A stretch of DNA of 64,000 nucleotides from NCBI GenBank assembly GCA_964016885.1, contig OZ024740.1, positions 330,708,001 to 330,772,000 on the forward strand, given 5' to 3'. A program made the position numbers and the translations under genes. The notes under the pieces are model-generated. The model saw only the letters and a program-made list of their open reading frames with translations. It ran no database searches and was not told where the DNA came from. Below, piece after piece: positions 1-13,367 of this stretch. The DNA is from Eledone cirrhosa. Lineage: Eukaryota. Each line of letters begins with the position of its first letter. Within the stretch, counting starts at the first letter, position 1.

Positions 1-196
1 ACATATATATATATACACACACACATACACACGCGTACATCAACATACAAAGAGACTTATATATACACACACACACACACACGCACTTCTCCGTATAAGA
101 CAAAAGCTAAAAAATATCTTTTGGCATGCTAAAATACCCCCCATTGCTTTCAGACACATTCTTACTGACCATCCCTGCCACCACGAATTACTCTGC

Positions 197-199
<3 letters not shown>

Positions 200-247
<48 letters not shown>

Positions 248-337
248 ATCTTAATAGCCATTTGACACACATCGCTGCTAACCATTATCACAACATCGAA
301 CACCTTACTACTACTACTACACACACACACACACACA

Positions 338-409
<72 letters not shown>
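200..409. repeat. (CA)n microsatellites
   Basis: Two long CA runs seen directly; they explain the VCVC/HTHT ORFs. Confidence 0.95.
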
Positions 410-410
<1 letters not shown>

Positions 411-2009
411 TTGTTGTGAAAGTGTCATTTCTCAATCTTGGCGCAGAACCAATTTTTTATTCACATGACCTCTACCAACCAATCAAAATTGTTTTGACCA
501 CAAGCATTTTTGCTGGAGCTACTTTTTTAACATAAAAACAGGTAGAATTCCCAAGAGCAAACAGCACGGACACTCTATCTCAAAATTATTTTTGAAAAGC
601 ATTTAGAAATGCGCAACCGGTAAAAACTTAAAAACTTAAAACCACAACTGAATACTAACCCATACAATCACTAATACTCTTTTATTCCTAATTAAACCAT
701 TTTTCAACTGTGAACAATTTGTCAGCATTTTCTATTCCGTTTACCAATATATATATATAGCAGCTCCTCGAGACAGGGATGTTCAATGCAGGGATGTGTG
801 GTGTGTATATTTTAATTCAAATCGATCGATCGCCGCATGGAATGACGTTTTTCATTTTTTTTAGGTTTACGTAATTAATTCTTCATAAAATGTATGTATG
901 AATAATAAAATTGTTGAAATTAACGTGAAACAATATTTGCTACGTAGCATGTTAAGTTAAATTGTAATAAATGGAGATGTATTTTTTTATTTCTATTTCT
1001 TATGATACGAATACATATATATTTTTTTTTCAATGTTATTTTAATATTTATGCTTCCAGGCTATAAATGTATGCTATTATATGCTTCAAACCAGCAACTT
1101 ACAAAATCATTTCAATATTCCATATAAACTGTGCGAAAATAGAAAATGGAAAATGAAAATAGAAAAGGTTGCTATGTTGCTGTGTTTATCTTTATTTAAC
1201 AGTTTGTCGTAAAAAATGAGGAAATGTTTCAAATGTGATCTACGTCAAAAGTAAATGCTTACCCCGCTGTGAATAGTAGAAATAAGAAATGAAAGAGGTT
1301 TAGAGGTTTGAATGGCTGGATTTTCATTAAATTAGGAATGTTTTACATTAATTTGGTTCTATATTTCTATTTTTATTTTTTTATAACGGCAACATTTCTT
1401 CTTCATAAGTTGTCTTTATAGAATGCTTGAAGATCAACACTGTGCACTCATAAACATTTGTTTATAATAAATATTACATGCTGTCTATAACTATTAACAT
1501 GAGATAATATGTTATCTTGACGGCAATATTGATGTTGCGTTATTTACCCACTAAGTCATGCTGAAATAAGCTATGATTAAATTCATTTCAGTCGTGAGCG
1601 TTTTGTATTATAATCTATCAGTATATACAGTCATGAATATTCAAAATGGTTTTTCCTTTTTAAATCAGTAGGTGTTGTTTGATTTTGGCTGCTAATATTG
1701 TCTGGATGCCGTCTATTACGGGGATTTTGCATCTGCCCATTGTTGTTGATTTATGATTATTTAGAGCTATATTTTGTTGTTTAATGAGATTTGGAAGTTA
1801 TGTCTAGCAAATAATCTTACCTTTGAGAGTTTCCTTATTTGACTCTTGTCTAAATATACCCCGTGTCATGATACGTATGTCATATGGCGCTTTCTAAAGT
1901 TCAACGAAAGTAGAGTCATGTTTATATATAACTAGTTTTAGCGTATGTAAATAACAACTATAATTATGTTTACATATCTGGTAGCGAATATAATTGTTTT
2001 TACATTTGA

Positions 2010-2180
2010 AAAAAGAAAAGGCCAGCAATTTGAAGGAAAAGGAAAAGTCGATTAAATTGACCCTAGTGTTATACTGGTATTATATATTATCGACCTAGTA
2101 TAAAAGGCAAAGCAGACCTCGCCGGGAATATAACTCAGAATATAAAGGGCTTAACCATATAGCGCAAAGCTTATTAGTAG
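2010..2180 (-). mobile_element. Degenerate tRNA-derived SINE (octopus-type)
   Basis: Plus strand reads ggccagcaattt...aagtcgattaaattgaccctag...aaaggcaaagcagacctcgccgggaatataactcagaa, the reverse complement of the SINE body at 8570 and 15520. Confidence 0.7.
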
Positions 2181-4086
2181 AAATAATGGTTTATGATTCT
2201 GGCATACTGCAAACAAAGGACCGTAATTATATGCCACAAAGCATGTTGTTCGATGCTCTACAAATACCGCAAATTCACCACCCTGTGTTAGTAGAAATCA
2301 TAAAATGATTAATATGTTGTATATACAAATAGAAATATCTTGCATTTCTAATATTTACTGCGAAAGCGCACAACAAATCAGAAGCATATTTAAACAGGCA
2401 ATGTTCATTTCAAACAATATCATTATTTATTTAGAGCTTCCAACTGTTGCATTGTTAGATTATTTCATTTCAGATAGCGAGAGTTACAAATGCTGACTGT
2501 ACATTTGGGTTTTCAAAGCTTTATAATACGTCTGCCTAGTTGGTACAAATATAATTCTCTGAATATTAATTTCAAATATTAGTAATCGTCTGCACAAAAT
2601 CTACATTCACTATGTTGGATTTTTGTCCCAGCGTGCGAAACATATTCAGATACCAACGTACTGGCTCTTGTAAAGCGACGACATTAGTATGGCAATAACA
2701 TTCCACGGGAATCTGGTGGGCTATGTGTGGTTTTTGTACAGAACGTTTCCTGCAGTTACAGGTCGGGGCAAATGGAATGCCTTTTATCACAAGCCTTCAA
2801 CATTTTATTTTAGCTACAGCTATACAAATTATACAAAAGTAGGAAGCATGATTACGATTGCAATGCGTATGCTGTGTGAGGAATTTTTGAAATTATACTT
2901 GCCTACTCACTCAGGTATACTTCTGATTTGTTGTGCGGTTTCGCATTAAATATTCGAAATGCAAGATAGTGCTATTGGTATAGGACACAATAAATAACAT
3001 AAGCAGTATAGTCACTACAAAAGTATAAGAATTTCTTCTGAAAGTTAAGAATGCACAATATAGTTGATACATAAGAAACCATCTAGATCTCATGCAAAAT
3101 TACAACCTTCAGCTAATCGGGCAATATGCACACAAAACACATAAGCACACTCTACACTATATATGTGTTTATCATTGCATCTACTATATCTTTCCTCTGA
3201 GGTCACGCCTTAACTACATTTGGAATTCCATTTTCATCACTCCCAGCGTTTTCAACTAGGAGTAATGAAAATGGTAAATCTAGGTATGTTCATATAGCAT
3301 GGGAAGACGAAACGATCTGCTTAGGGACATACACTTTTTAGGAGAGTTTAACGGATTTTTAAGCATAATTTCGTAATATCTCTTCAGTTTGTAAGTAATT
3401 CTAAATATTTCTGCAACAAGTCTTACTCCGTTTTCTTTTTCTGTCTTATTTCATCTCACTTCAGCTATCCGTATTATTTTTGCCTGCAGTCATATCTTTA
3501 ACTATTCTTATGTTTCCGTTTTGTTGCATTTCTTCACTCATTGAATTATTTTCTTCTGGTAATCTTTATCTTATATCTATTGTTCAAAGTCGAGCAGCCT
3601 CTCAGTGAGAGAAAAATGTGTATGACTTGCAATTTCCTTTCGGTTAGATCTTCATTTTCGTACTAACACGATCTCACAACCTCAAGTCTATTAAAATATA
3701 CTCTCTTCCTCAATCAAACACTGACCCAATCTAATAATTAATGATTACTTCCTTTCATTCAACACTTCTCATGCAAAAGAATATACACCCAAGTACACAT
3801 ACTCCACAATATTTACAAGAATACTATATACAATAATACAACTATGGGAAATTAACAAAGAGACAACGAACAAAAACAAGGGAAAATGAAAAACAATTTT
3901 TCTAAAGGGCCTCCTCAAAATATAATTTTTAAGAAATAAAAAGATACTAACGAAGGACACAGAACCCCAGGGTCATCGGCCGTTGAGGTGGACTTTGGCA
4001 GTTTTGACCCATAGCTACTTTATATATATGTCCATGTTATGTTGGCGGACATGGGAATGAGTTCTAATTACGGAAGTAGAGTTTAA

Positions 4087-4280
4087 TAATTGTTTCTACT
4101 TTGGGCACAAGGTCAGCAATTACCTACAGTGCATTACTGATGCTTATTTTATAGACCCGTTAAGGTTCAAAGGCAAAGTTTACCTCGGCGAGATTTGGAC
4201 TCAGAACGTAAAGGGCCAAAACGCTATGCTCAAAGGCATAATATCTAACGCTCTACCGATACTGCCAATTCATGCCCTTG
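4087..4280 (-). mobile_element. tRNA-derived SINE (octopus-type)
   Basis: aattgtttctactttgggcacaaggtcagcaatt...aaggcaaagtttacctcggcgagatttggactcagaacgtaaag is the reverse complement of the SINE tail, core and B-box region. Confidence 0.8.
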
Positions 4281-5869
4281 GTAGACTTTAATAATGTCCG
4301 ATATCACGGCTAATTGATGAGTCTTATTACTCCGGAGTTTCACCTCTGGATCCAGAGGAACATCAACAAGACTGAATGTTCAATGAGAGAGGGGGAGTGT
4401 AAAGATGGAAAGGCACGAAGTGGGGAAATAAGGTTGATTTTTGAGTTTGAATAGTGTATGGTCTTGGGGTAGCTTCAGAGATATGGACAGCAATAGAGTG
4501 GTTATAAGAAAGGAGAAAAGGAAATAAGAAATATAAAGATAAATAAAGGGATAACGTAAACGAAGGAACGGAAGGGACGACAGAGAGAAAGTGAAGTAGA
4601 AGTAGAAAAAGAAAGTGGACAGAACAAAGGAAAATGTACAGGTATAGGAACGAAAGTAACGGAAGAAAGGAAGATGGAGAGAATGACTAAAACAAAGAAG
4701 AGTGGAAGGAGGAGTAACGGAGTCGATGACCTTAGAATAAAATTTTCAGTGAGTGTTCAAAATATAAATAGATTAGTTTGGTCAGGAAGCTTCAATTGAT
4801 TGTGATGATTATGAGAGTAAATATATGATCATGATAAATAAATAATAACAAAACAAAGCGGGTGAGTGAATCTCAATTAATGAATTAACTCTCCACGTAA
4901 ATTTATATTAAATTGATGGTACTTACGATGATAAAAACGAGATATATAACATCATGCTGATGATGATAACTTAGAAATGACGAAGAAAATATAAAACAAA
5001 ATTCAATAAATCTAAATAAAATAAAGTGAAATAGTCTAGATTAAGTGAGTATCAATCTTGTTTTATTTGTGGATGGTCATTTTGATTATAAAAGTACACT
5101 AACTATTTCTCTTTCACTTTATTCATATTAGTTGTTGGATATTTTATCAAAGCTCTTTCATCACATCTTCTGTAACCGCCTCAATGATTATTTGTTCTTT
5201 CACCATGGCTTCTTATCTTGTTGGTCATATCCCTTTTACTCCATCTTTTCTGTCTGTAGTACATTTTCATCTCTGCAGATACGTTTGTGTCTCTGATTGT
5301 GTGTGTGTCTATGTGTTTGGTATGTGATGGTTTGTATATTGCAATGTTTGTATCTGTCTTTTTTTTGTTTTCTCATGTGTCCTATTCTTAGGTTGTGGAG
5401 TGGGTTTATTACTATACTGTTGAGGTTCAATATACTTTCTATTTTTTCGAAACAAATACATGAGTGAATATCAATTATAAGAAAACAAATACAAAATATC
5501 AACAAAAAAATTAAATTTTGCAGTTTAGTGGGCAGCTAAACACTCATATAGATAATTGATAGTGACAATACTTATAATGATTATGGTGAGTAAACGGCAT
5601 TGATACCAGTTAATATATTGATCAGTAAGAATGTGTAATAATGTGGAGTTGGTATTGAGTTAAATGCATTTCTGTAAATATGGTGATGATAAGAATCAAT
5701 AGATGGTGATAGTGTATATCAATAGTTATGATAAAACTATACTGTAACACTGTGATACACTGACGTATATCTTGAAAACTGTCAAAGCCATTACTCATAG
5801 TGATAATGAAGATAACAGTAATAATTCAAACAAGTAAAATAATTACCATTTCATTCATATTCCCTTCGT

Positions 5870-8480
5870 GTCGTTTTATCATGTTCTTTTTTAATATTAG
5901 CTTCTTCTGCTCAATCGTGTTAGCTCCATCCCATATATCTGAACACCAGGTAGAACGATCCAGTGCGAGACCTGGCAGATATTCCTTTCTTGCATTCGTC
6001 AAGATCTCCTTCAATGCATCCCTGAACCATTTCTTCGGTTTAAACTATATCCTTTTCATTTAACAATTTTCCTATAAAACAATTACTGACGGGTACGCTC
6101 GTCAGCCATACTATAAATATGTCCAGATCACCAATGTAGGATTGTAAGGATTATTGCCTGGATGGAAAATTACCAGATACACCTAGACATCATGAGTCAG
6201 GAGTGACGGAATTTTCTTATCTGATTACGGCATAAACAGTTTTAATGGAAACGAGCCTTGAATCTGATGTGATATTTGTAACACGTCGAAACGCCAGAGA
6301 AGTACAGAAGAGATAATAATGCAGAGGATGTATTTACATACATATTTGTTTCATCGTTGATGTATATTTGTGATCAAATCTGTTACTCTAGGCTACTAAA
6401 ACAAGATATTGCTGATTTTTGAATACTCAGGTCAGTTATCAGGGTACAGTACGACTCCTATAGGTGAGGTGAAGACTGTACTGTTAAAGTTTATCCTTAC
6501 TAAATTAAATAAATTCCATGTGGTACGATATCTTACATATCCCCTTTCATTGCTTTTTTGGAGAGCATGCTAGGGAATGCTAATAACATATATTGAAAAG
6601 AAGGTAGGTACATCAAGGTATCCCTGTTTCATACCACTTTCTACTGCAAAAGGCTAAGGGAGTTTGCATCCAAATTTAACTCTGGCTTTCATATCTTTAT
6701 CTACAGATTTTGAGGACAATTAAATTTAAGCTAAATCAACCACAAATCGATCTTATTAATACTATCGAATTCCTTACTGAAATCAAGAAAACAATGGTAA
6801 ATGGGTAGATTTTGATCTAGACATTACTCCTCTAGGTTTCCGAATTGGGAATTATATTAAAAAAAATAACGCTCTTCGCAAGAAAACAATATTTTGATTC
6901 TAGTATGTTACTTGGCTATATAACATTATTAAGCAATTGCACAAGGTCACATGCTAGAATCTTACCAAGAACATATAATAGGGAAATGCCCTTAAAATTA
7001 CCATATTGTTACTCGTCACCGGATTAAAAAAGGGAGACCTAAATAATATCAAACCTGCCTTTTGCTAAATCCTCATTCCTCCACCAGTGTGATATATACT
7101 TCGATAGAAGTTCTCACTTTCATGCTTGAGAACCTCAGTATTATATTCCTCCAAGCCAGGAGATGTTTTGTTATTGTACTTTTGTGCAGCAGAATCAAAG
7201 TCATTTCTAGTTGGTTCTGGTGCCATTTCATTTCCAATTAGGTAGTTTTCTATTGATCCAATAGTATTTATATGGACATTGAAGGACCTGAAATGGAGAG
7301 TTCATAAAAGTATTCTCCCCAACGATTCTGAATGAAAACAATATCATTTCACTGTGACTGACAATCTACAGTCTTATTGATCAGGATTGTGGATTATACA
7401 CTTCTTTAATATAACGGAAAAATGACTTAGTATCCTTGTGTTCTACTGCGTCTATTGCATGTTTCGCTTTCTAATGACATTGTTTCTCTTTAATATTTCT
7501 CAAAGCAGTTTGCATCTTTCATTTTGTTGCATTTTATTCGATAATTATAATGTTTAAGAAAAATCTTTTTGGCATATATATATTGTTTCTCCTTGAGTAA
7601 TCTACATATGGCAGGATTGTAATCGGAAACCTTTTGATTTCACACAGCTGATGCCTGGAAGACTTTTATCATACAATCTTCCAAAAGATAGCTCGTATCA
7701 AGTGTGATACTATCTAATGTAATCGAAAAACTTGAAATGCAGCATATGTTTATTTTGAAATTTAGTAACAGGATAGTTTTTTGTGGTATTGAATGTGGCC
7801 TTGACTAGCCAACTCTCGGCCTCCCTCTTTGTGTGATCATTACACACATATTTTTCATCACATAAAAGAACAGAAACACAATCAATGATTTTCCGATCGT
7901 TTGACGTTGAATTCGACGAAATTATTTTATATTTAATTTTATGTAGATTAAAAATGATTTGTTTTACAAGTTGATGTTAAGATCAAAAAGGAATTAGTGA
8001 AACATCATTTCGATCCGATTTTCCTATTCCATGTTTACACAAGACAGACCCTGTTATAAAATCAGATGCAAACCTCGAGCTGAAATCCCCCATAATTATT
8101 AGTTTATCAGTGGCTAGTTCATTTTTCACTAACCTTCCAATTTGTAGTGGAATTGTTCAACAAATACTTGTGTGCGTGGGAACCTTAACACTTATTTTAA
8201 GGAATATTCCTTTTTCAGATGTAGACAACAAAATATATTTCGTTCAACTGACGAAATTTTCAAAAGATGAGAAGAGAAGGTTTGTAAGAGCCATTGCAAT
8301 ACATGATTCTCTCATTTGAACTTCTGCTAAGAACTTGGGAAAAGGTATGCAATCAAATCGACTTTCCTTGAACTGTCTCTCCCCATGTAGGCATGTTTCA
8401 GGGAGAGCAACTGTATGTAATTTATATATGTTCAACATATGAGCGATCAATGGTTCGTCTCTCTGGTATTTCAATCAAAT
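5870..8480 (-). mobile_element. Old, heavily degraded RTE-like LINE
   Basis: ORF 8244-8474 (LIAHMLNIYKLHTVALPETCLHGE..RESCIAMAL) resembles an RTE APE N-terminus. 5880-6150 reads GHIYSMADERTRQ*LFY..WFRDALKEIL..LALDRSTW, like an RTE C-terminus. The middle was not verified. Confidence 0.6.
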
Positions 8481-8567
8481 TTTCGTCAACTAACATGTCA
8501 TTATCCTAACAACCAAATTCCATTGAAATTTAAACTACCTTCTTTTGTTGTCGATTGACCACATTAT

Positions 8568-8752
8568 AGTGGATTGGCAGTATTGGTAGAGAGCCGGGCG
8601 CCATGCTTTGATGCATAGAGTTACGTCCCTTTATGATATGAGTTCAAATACCGCCAAGGTTAACACTGCCTTTCATCCTTACGGGTCGATAAAATAAAGT
8701 ACGAGTAATGTGCTGGGTAATTGCTGGCCTTGTGTCAAAAGTATAAACAATT
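8568..8752 (+). mobile_element. tRNA-derived SINE (octopus-type), near full length
   Basis: A-box-like tggcagtattggta, B-box-like gagttcaaatacc, core gcctttcatccttacgggtcgataaaataaagtac, tail gctggccttgtgtcaaaagtataaacaattat. Confidence 0.85.
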
Positions 8753-9179
8753 ATAGTATGGCTGTTTAGTCTCTTGAGTTCTTGCATCTTTAAGAATCTT
8801 TTTTTTTCCGTCAAGCGGGATGAAAAAAAATTACCGTCCTCAAGCAGGCGACTTGAAAATGAAACAGACTGAACTGGGTAGCATGTTGCCAGAAGGACTC
8901 GGAAACGATCTGACACACACACGCGCGTGCGCACACACAATAATAGACAGATAGACAGATATATATAAATAAGCATATATAATAAATATATATATATATA
9001 TATGTGTGTGTCTGTGTGTGGATACATATATATATATTTAAAGGTTAAACAAGTTTCAATGAATAAATCAAAGAATGAGTTTTACAATAGATTGGAACCA
9101 CTAAACAGAAATGGTTTTCCGGAGTTATTAATATTAATTCAAAATATTAACAAAAATCGACATTCGTGTGATCAAGTAT

Positions 9180-9244
9180 ATTTTATTATACATATTTCAG
9201 AGGTACTGAGCTATCTTCAACAGTACGTCCTCATCAGATAAAAT
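9180..9244 (-). ncRNA. Minimal type I hammerhead ribozyme in the Penelope pLTR
   Basis: Minus strand: attttat CTGATGA ggac gtactg-ttgaagatagct-cagtac ctct GAAA tatgta TA ataaaat. Stem I is 7 bp, the core is intact, stem II is present, stem III is near-palindromic. Confidence 0.8.
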
Positions 9245-9919
9245 AAGATGATTCATGACATACCCTGACTTAGTAGATGGTTAAGATTCAGTCATGGTAG
9301 TGAATAAGATATTACAAAACTCAATATTTATATACCTTAAGATTGAGACATGAAAACATTTACATATAATACAGAGGGTGCGTGTGAGAAAGCTTAAAAA
9401 TACGTAATAGCAATTAGAGATTCAAATAATTTAAATTATCGAAGAAAGAAGAAAGAAACAGGAAAGACATAGAGAAATAGATGAGGAAAAATATTGTTAC
9501 TACAAGTATAGAAAGCAAAAGAGAATTGATCAATGATAGAAAGACAAGGAGGAATAATTTGTATAATATAAAGCATAGGGGGGGGGAGATTTGTATTGTC
9601 GTGGATGAATAGGGTATGATTAGATGATGCAAATATATATATATATATATAAATACATAAATATAGATTTGGGCGTAGATTTGTGAAAGAGTAAACTCGA
9701 ATCTTTGAATTATCTAGAAATAATCAATCAATCTAAATATTAAATATATCTGGGTGTAATTATATGAGGGTTTAATTTCGAGTCCTTAGTTGATTAGAAA
9801 TATACTAACAATTAATTATATACATTGTATATATCCAAACGTATCCGGCTGACCGTTAAATTTCGAATCATTTATGTTAGTTCAGAATAATGAATTAATC
9901 TAAAGGTATAATATTTCAG

Positions 9920-11060
9920 GCTATAAAAGTTTATATAAATATCTATATTAAAGTATACTATCATATTTAATTCAGAAAATCAAATTGAAAGTATTTGCAA
10001 ACAGGAAAATGAAGAGACTTAATATTTTCATCATATTATTTTACATTATATTAACAAAATTTTTTATATTAATATAATAATTTTCATATTATAATTTAGA
10101 AAATAATTACAGTTATAACTTTAAAAATTTTAAATTAACAATTAGAATGCCCTAAATTATCTAATGGCCTTATAATTAAACTTAAAAAAGGGTATTATTA
10201 AATTAGATATACGCATTTGTCTAAAAATATACAAAGAGTATATTGTCTAAAGTTCAAGACGATATTAGTCAGTTATACATAACATAATATAATATAATAA
10301 AATAATATAATATAATAAATAAGTTACTGTTAATATTGTTAAAATTGAGGTTTTAGATTAATTATTATATTAGGATCATGTAATACATATATACTATAAA
10401 TATACAAATCAAACTTCATGAATCATAAGGATAAGAACCTGATTCAAAATAAATAAGTAAATTGTTTGCGATCCTACAAGTGCCAAATATCTAAGCTATA
10501 TAATTTAAAAATACAAAGAATTTTTAAATATCTATATTGTAGTATAATATCATATTTAAAGTGTCTGCAAACATGAGAAAGAGAAAACTTAAGATTTTCA
10601 TCGACCCGATGGTTACCCGAATTTAATTAAATAAAAAAATAATAATCGTTATATAATTTAGAAATATTTAACATTTATAACACTAGAATGTCATTAAGTA
10701 TCTAAAGTATATATACATGTAGCTAGAAGCATGTTATTAAACTAGATATACACATTTGTCCAAATATATACAGAGTATTCTGTTCGGAACTCAAGACAAT
10801 ATTAGTGATCCATATACATATAATAAATAATAAATACAATTATTGACAGTAAAGTTATAATTGACGTTTTACATCAAGTTAAGTGGAAAAAGTTTGTCGA
10901 CTAGGATCGTATACCATACATATATATAAATATATAAATCAAACTTCCTTAATCTTAAAAATAACATACTCCAAAAGAATAAATACATAAATACATAAAT
11001 GCATGAATGGTTAACGGTTCCTTACAACTGTTAACCATATAAGCTATATATTTAAAAAAA
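9920..11060. repeat. Diverged ~550 bp tandem duplication inside the Penelope 3' region
   Basis: tagatatacgcatttgtctaaa..ttcaagacgatattagt (~10203) recurs as tagatatacacatttgtccaaa..ctcaagacaatattagt (~10743). aaatatctatatt..tcatatttaa is also repeated. Confidence 0.65.
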
Positions 11061-12248
11061 ATACAAGAATCCCGATCAAATTAAATGTATCTACACACTC
11101 AAATGATATGCATATTCATCAAGAGATCATGTTAACAATCTATATGTTTATATATTTATATAGAACCCTTAATCTAATATTAATCATATCATAAATGAAT
11201 AACAAATTTATTATAATAAGGTTTTATAATCTGTTATAACATTTTACGCACTCAGTTGATAAGAGACGTAACAAATTAGAAGCTATTTATTTAGTGTGTT
11301 TTCCTGACTTTTTGCGAGGCTTGGAATGTAGAGGAAACTTTATGAAGGCAATTTGAGAATAATTCACTTTTTTTGTTAATTAACGTTTTCATAATTAGTA
11401 ATTATTAATAGGGTATCCATGATACACAGATTGCAATTAGGGGATATTGAAGATTTCAAGTAAATTCGACTATTGCACAGCTTCGACCAAGAAATCGAGT
11501 ATTTTAAATTTTTGTCTTTTAACGACCATATAAGTTGTGATAAAGAAGTCGATGATTTCCTATTAGGATTCGAAAAAGAGCATTTGTGATTCGAACATCT
11601 TTATTTAAATGTCGATGAAGTTGCACCAATATAGTTGTATGTGATGTTATTTGCTTTTAGGGTGCATTAATAGACCAGATTGCTATCCAGGCAATTATTT
11701 TGCAGAGGGCAATTTCATCTATTTCTACAATTACATTTCGATATATTGTTATTACTATAAATTGGACAATTGACATTAACATTGTTAGTACTTTGAAGTG
11801 TTCTATTGATTGAGCTTTGATTAAAGTTATTGTTATTCCTAGTATTAATATTTCTAGTGTTATTATATTCATTATCGTTAATTATTTATTGATTATGATT
11901 TAGAATACTGCTATTTATTTTTGCGATGTTCTGGGTCATATTCATAGTTGTAGAATAAGAGAGCTTAATTGTGTGTCTGTTAAATATGGAACGATATTTG
12001 TGTTGAATGGGAAGCATTTATCTAAAGCTTTAAAGAATAGATTTGCGAGTGGTGTTTTTATTGCTACAGAAGCTGGGAGGGGGGGGGGTGCTAAATAACT
12101 GATTTAGTTCTGATTTTTTTCACCGATTTATTCAAGGTATTTGTGTTTGTATTAGAATTTTTAGAATCTCGTTTATATATTTTAGTCTTATTTTTATCAG
12201 GATTATAATTAAAATTATTATTATCTATAAATTCAATATTATTTTTCT

Positions 12249-12338
12249 TTGCCTTTCATCCTTATGGGGTTGATAAAATAAAGTACCAGTAATATACTGG
12301 AAAATTGCTGGTCTTGTGCCAAATGTAGAAATAATTAT
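12249..12338 (+). mobile_element. 5'-truncated SINE inserted in the Penelope ORF
   Basis: ttgcctttcatccttatggggttgataaaataaagtaccag...gctggtcttgtgccaaatgtagaaataattatt. Confidence 0.8.
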
Positions 12339-13133
12339 TTTTATAACCTGCCTTTTGTAGCGCGTCATTATAATATCCTGCTTTTTCATCAAATATGGAT
12401 TTATTAGCGGATATTCTAGTTATGACTTTCTCTACACTATTGACTATTGCATTTTTCACGGATTTAGGGTGATTAGAGTAATATCTAACGTAATTTATGT
12501 TTTCATTGGGCTTATAGAAAGGGTAATAAAAACCTGAGTTTAAGTTAAGGGAAACGTCAAGGAAATTAACTATTTTGTACTACTTTCAACTTCTAATTTA
12601 AGGTCGTAATTTTTAAAGAATTCAATTATAGGTTTCTTAACCCTATTTAGTTCTGTATTACTATGTTTAACAACCGCAAATAAAATATCGTCACTATATA
12701 AACCAGCGGTAATCTCCGGCAGTTTTCTATTTACCGTATTTAAGATAAAAATTCCCAGAAGATCTGTGACCTGCGATGAGTCCGATGATCCCATGGTAAT
12801 GTCAAAGTTTCTATTCCTATCTAAACGGGTCCAATAGACATAATTCAAATTTGTTGAATCTCTAACAGTTATGTAAATTGCTATTACGTATTTTTAAGCT
12901 TTCTCACACGCACCCTCTGTATTATATGTAAATTTGTTCATGTCTCAATCTTAAGGTATATAAATATTGAGTTTTGTAATATCTTATTCACTACCATGAC
13001 TGAATCTTAACTATATACTAAGTCAGCGCATGTCATGCATCATCTTATTTTATGTGATGAGGACGTACTGTTGAAATATGTATAATAAAATATACTTGAT
13101 CACACGAATGTCTATTTTTGTTAATATTTTGAA

Positions 13134-13367
<234 letters not shown>

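Larger units (their letters stand above)
9040..13140 (-). mobile_element. Penelope-like element (RT + GIY-YIG remnants) with inverted terminal repeat
   Basis: RT remnant ITMGSSDSSQVTDLLGIFIL..GLYSDD (12570-12848). Thumb remnant at 12340-12500. GIY-YIG remnant YNYIGATSSTFK*RCSNH at ~11580-11640. 9130-9415 is repeated in inverted orientation at 12877-13140. (TA)n on both sides. Confidence 0.85.

Noticed and set aside
196-468. ORFs of VC, HT or YI dipeptides (also 13045-13395, 18469-18989, 63147-63716)
   Set aside because: These are translations of CA and TA microsatellites.
2572-2949. Higher-GC patch with overlapping 72 and 86 aa ORFs, a possible host exon
   Set aside because: No recognisable domain and no convincing pair of splice sites.
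3200-3960. Possible very old LINE APE remnant on the minus strand (EYILID)
   Set aside because: Only one weak motif; too degraded to support.
6255-6305. Hammerhead-like ctgatgt...gaaacgccaga
   Set aside because: A9 is missing, there is no UH cleavage site, and no stem I.
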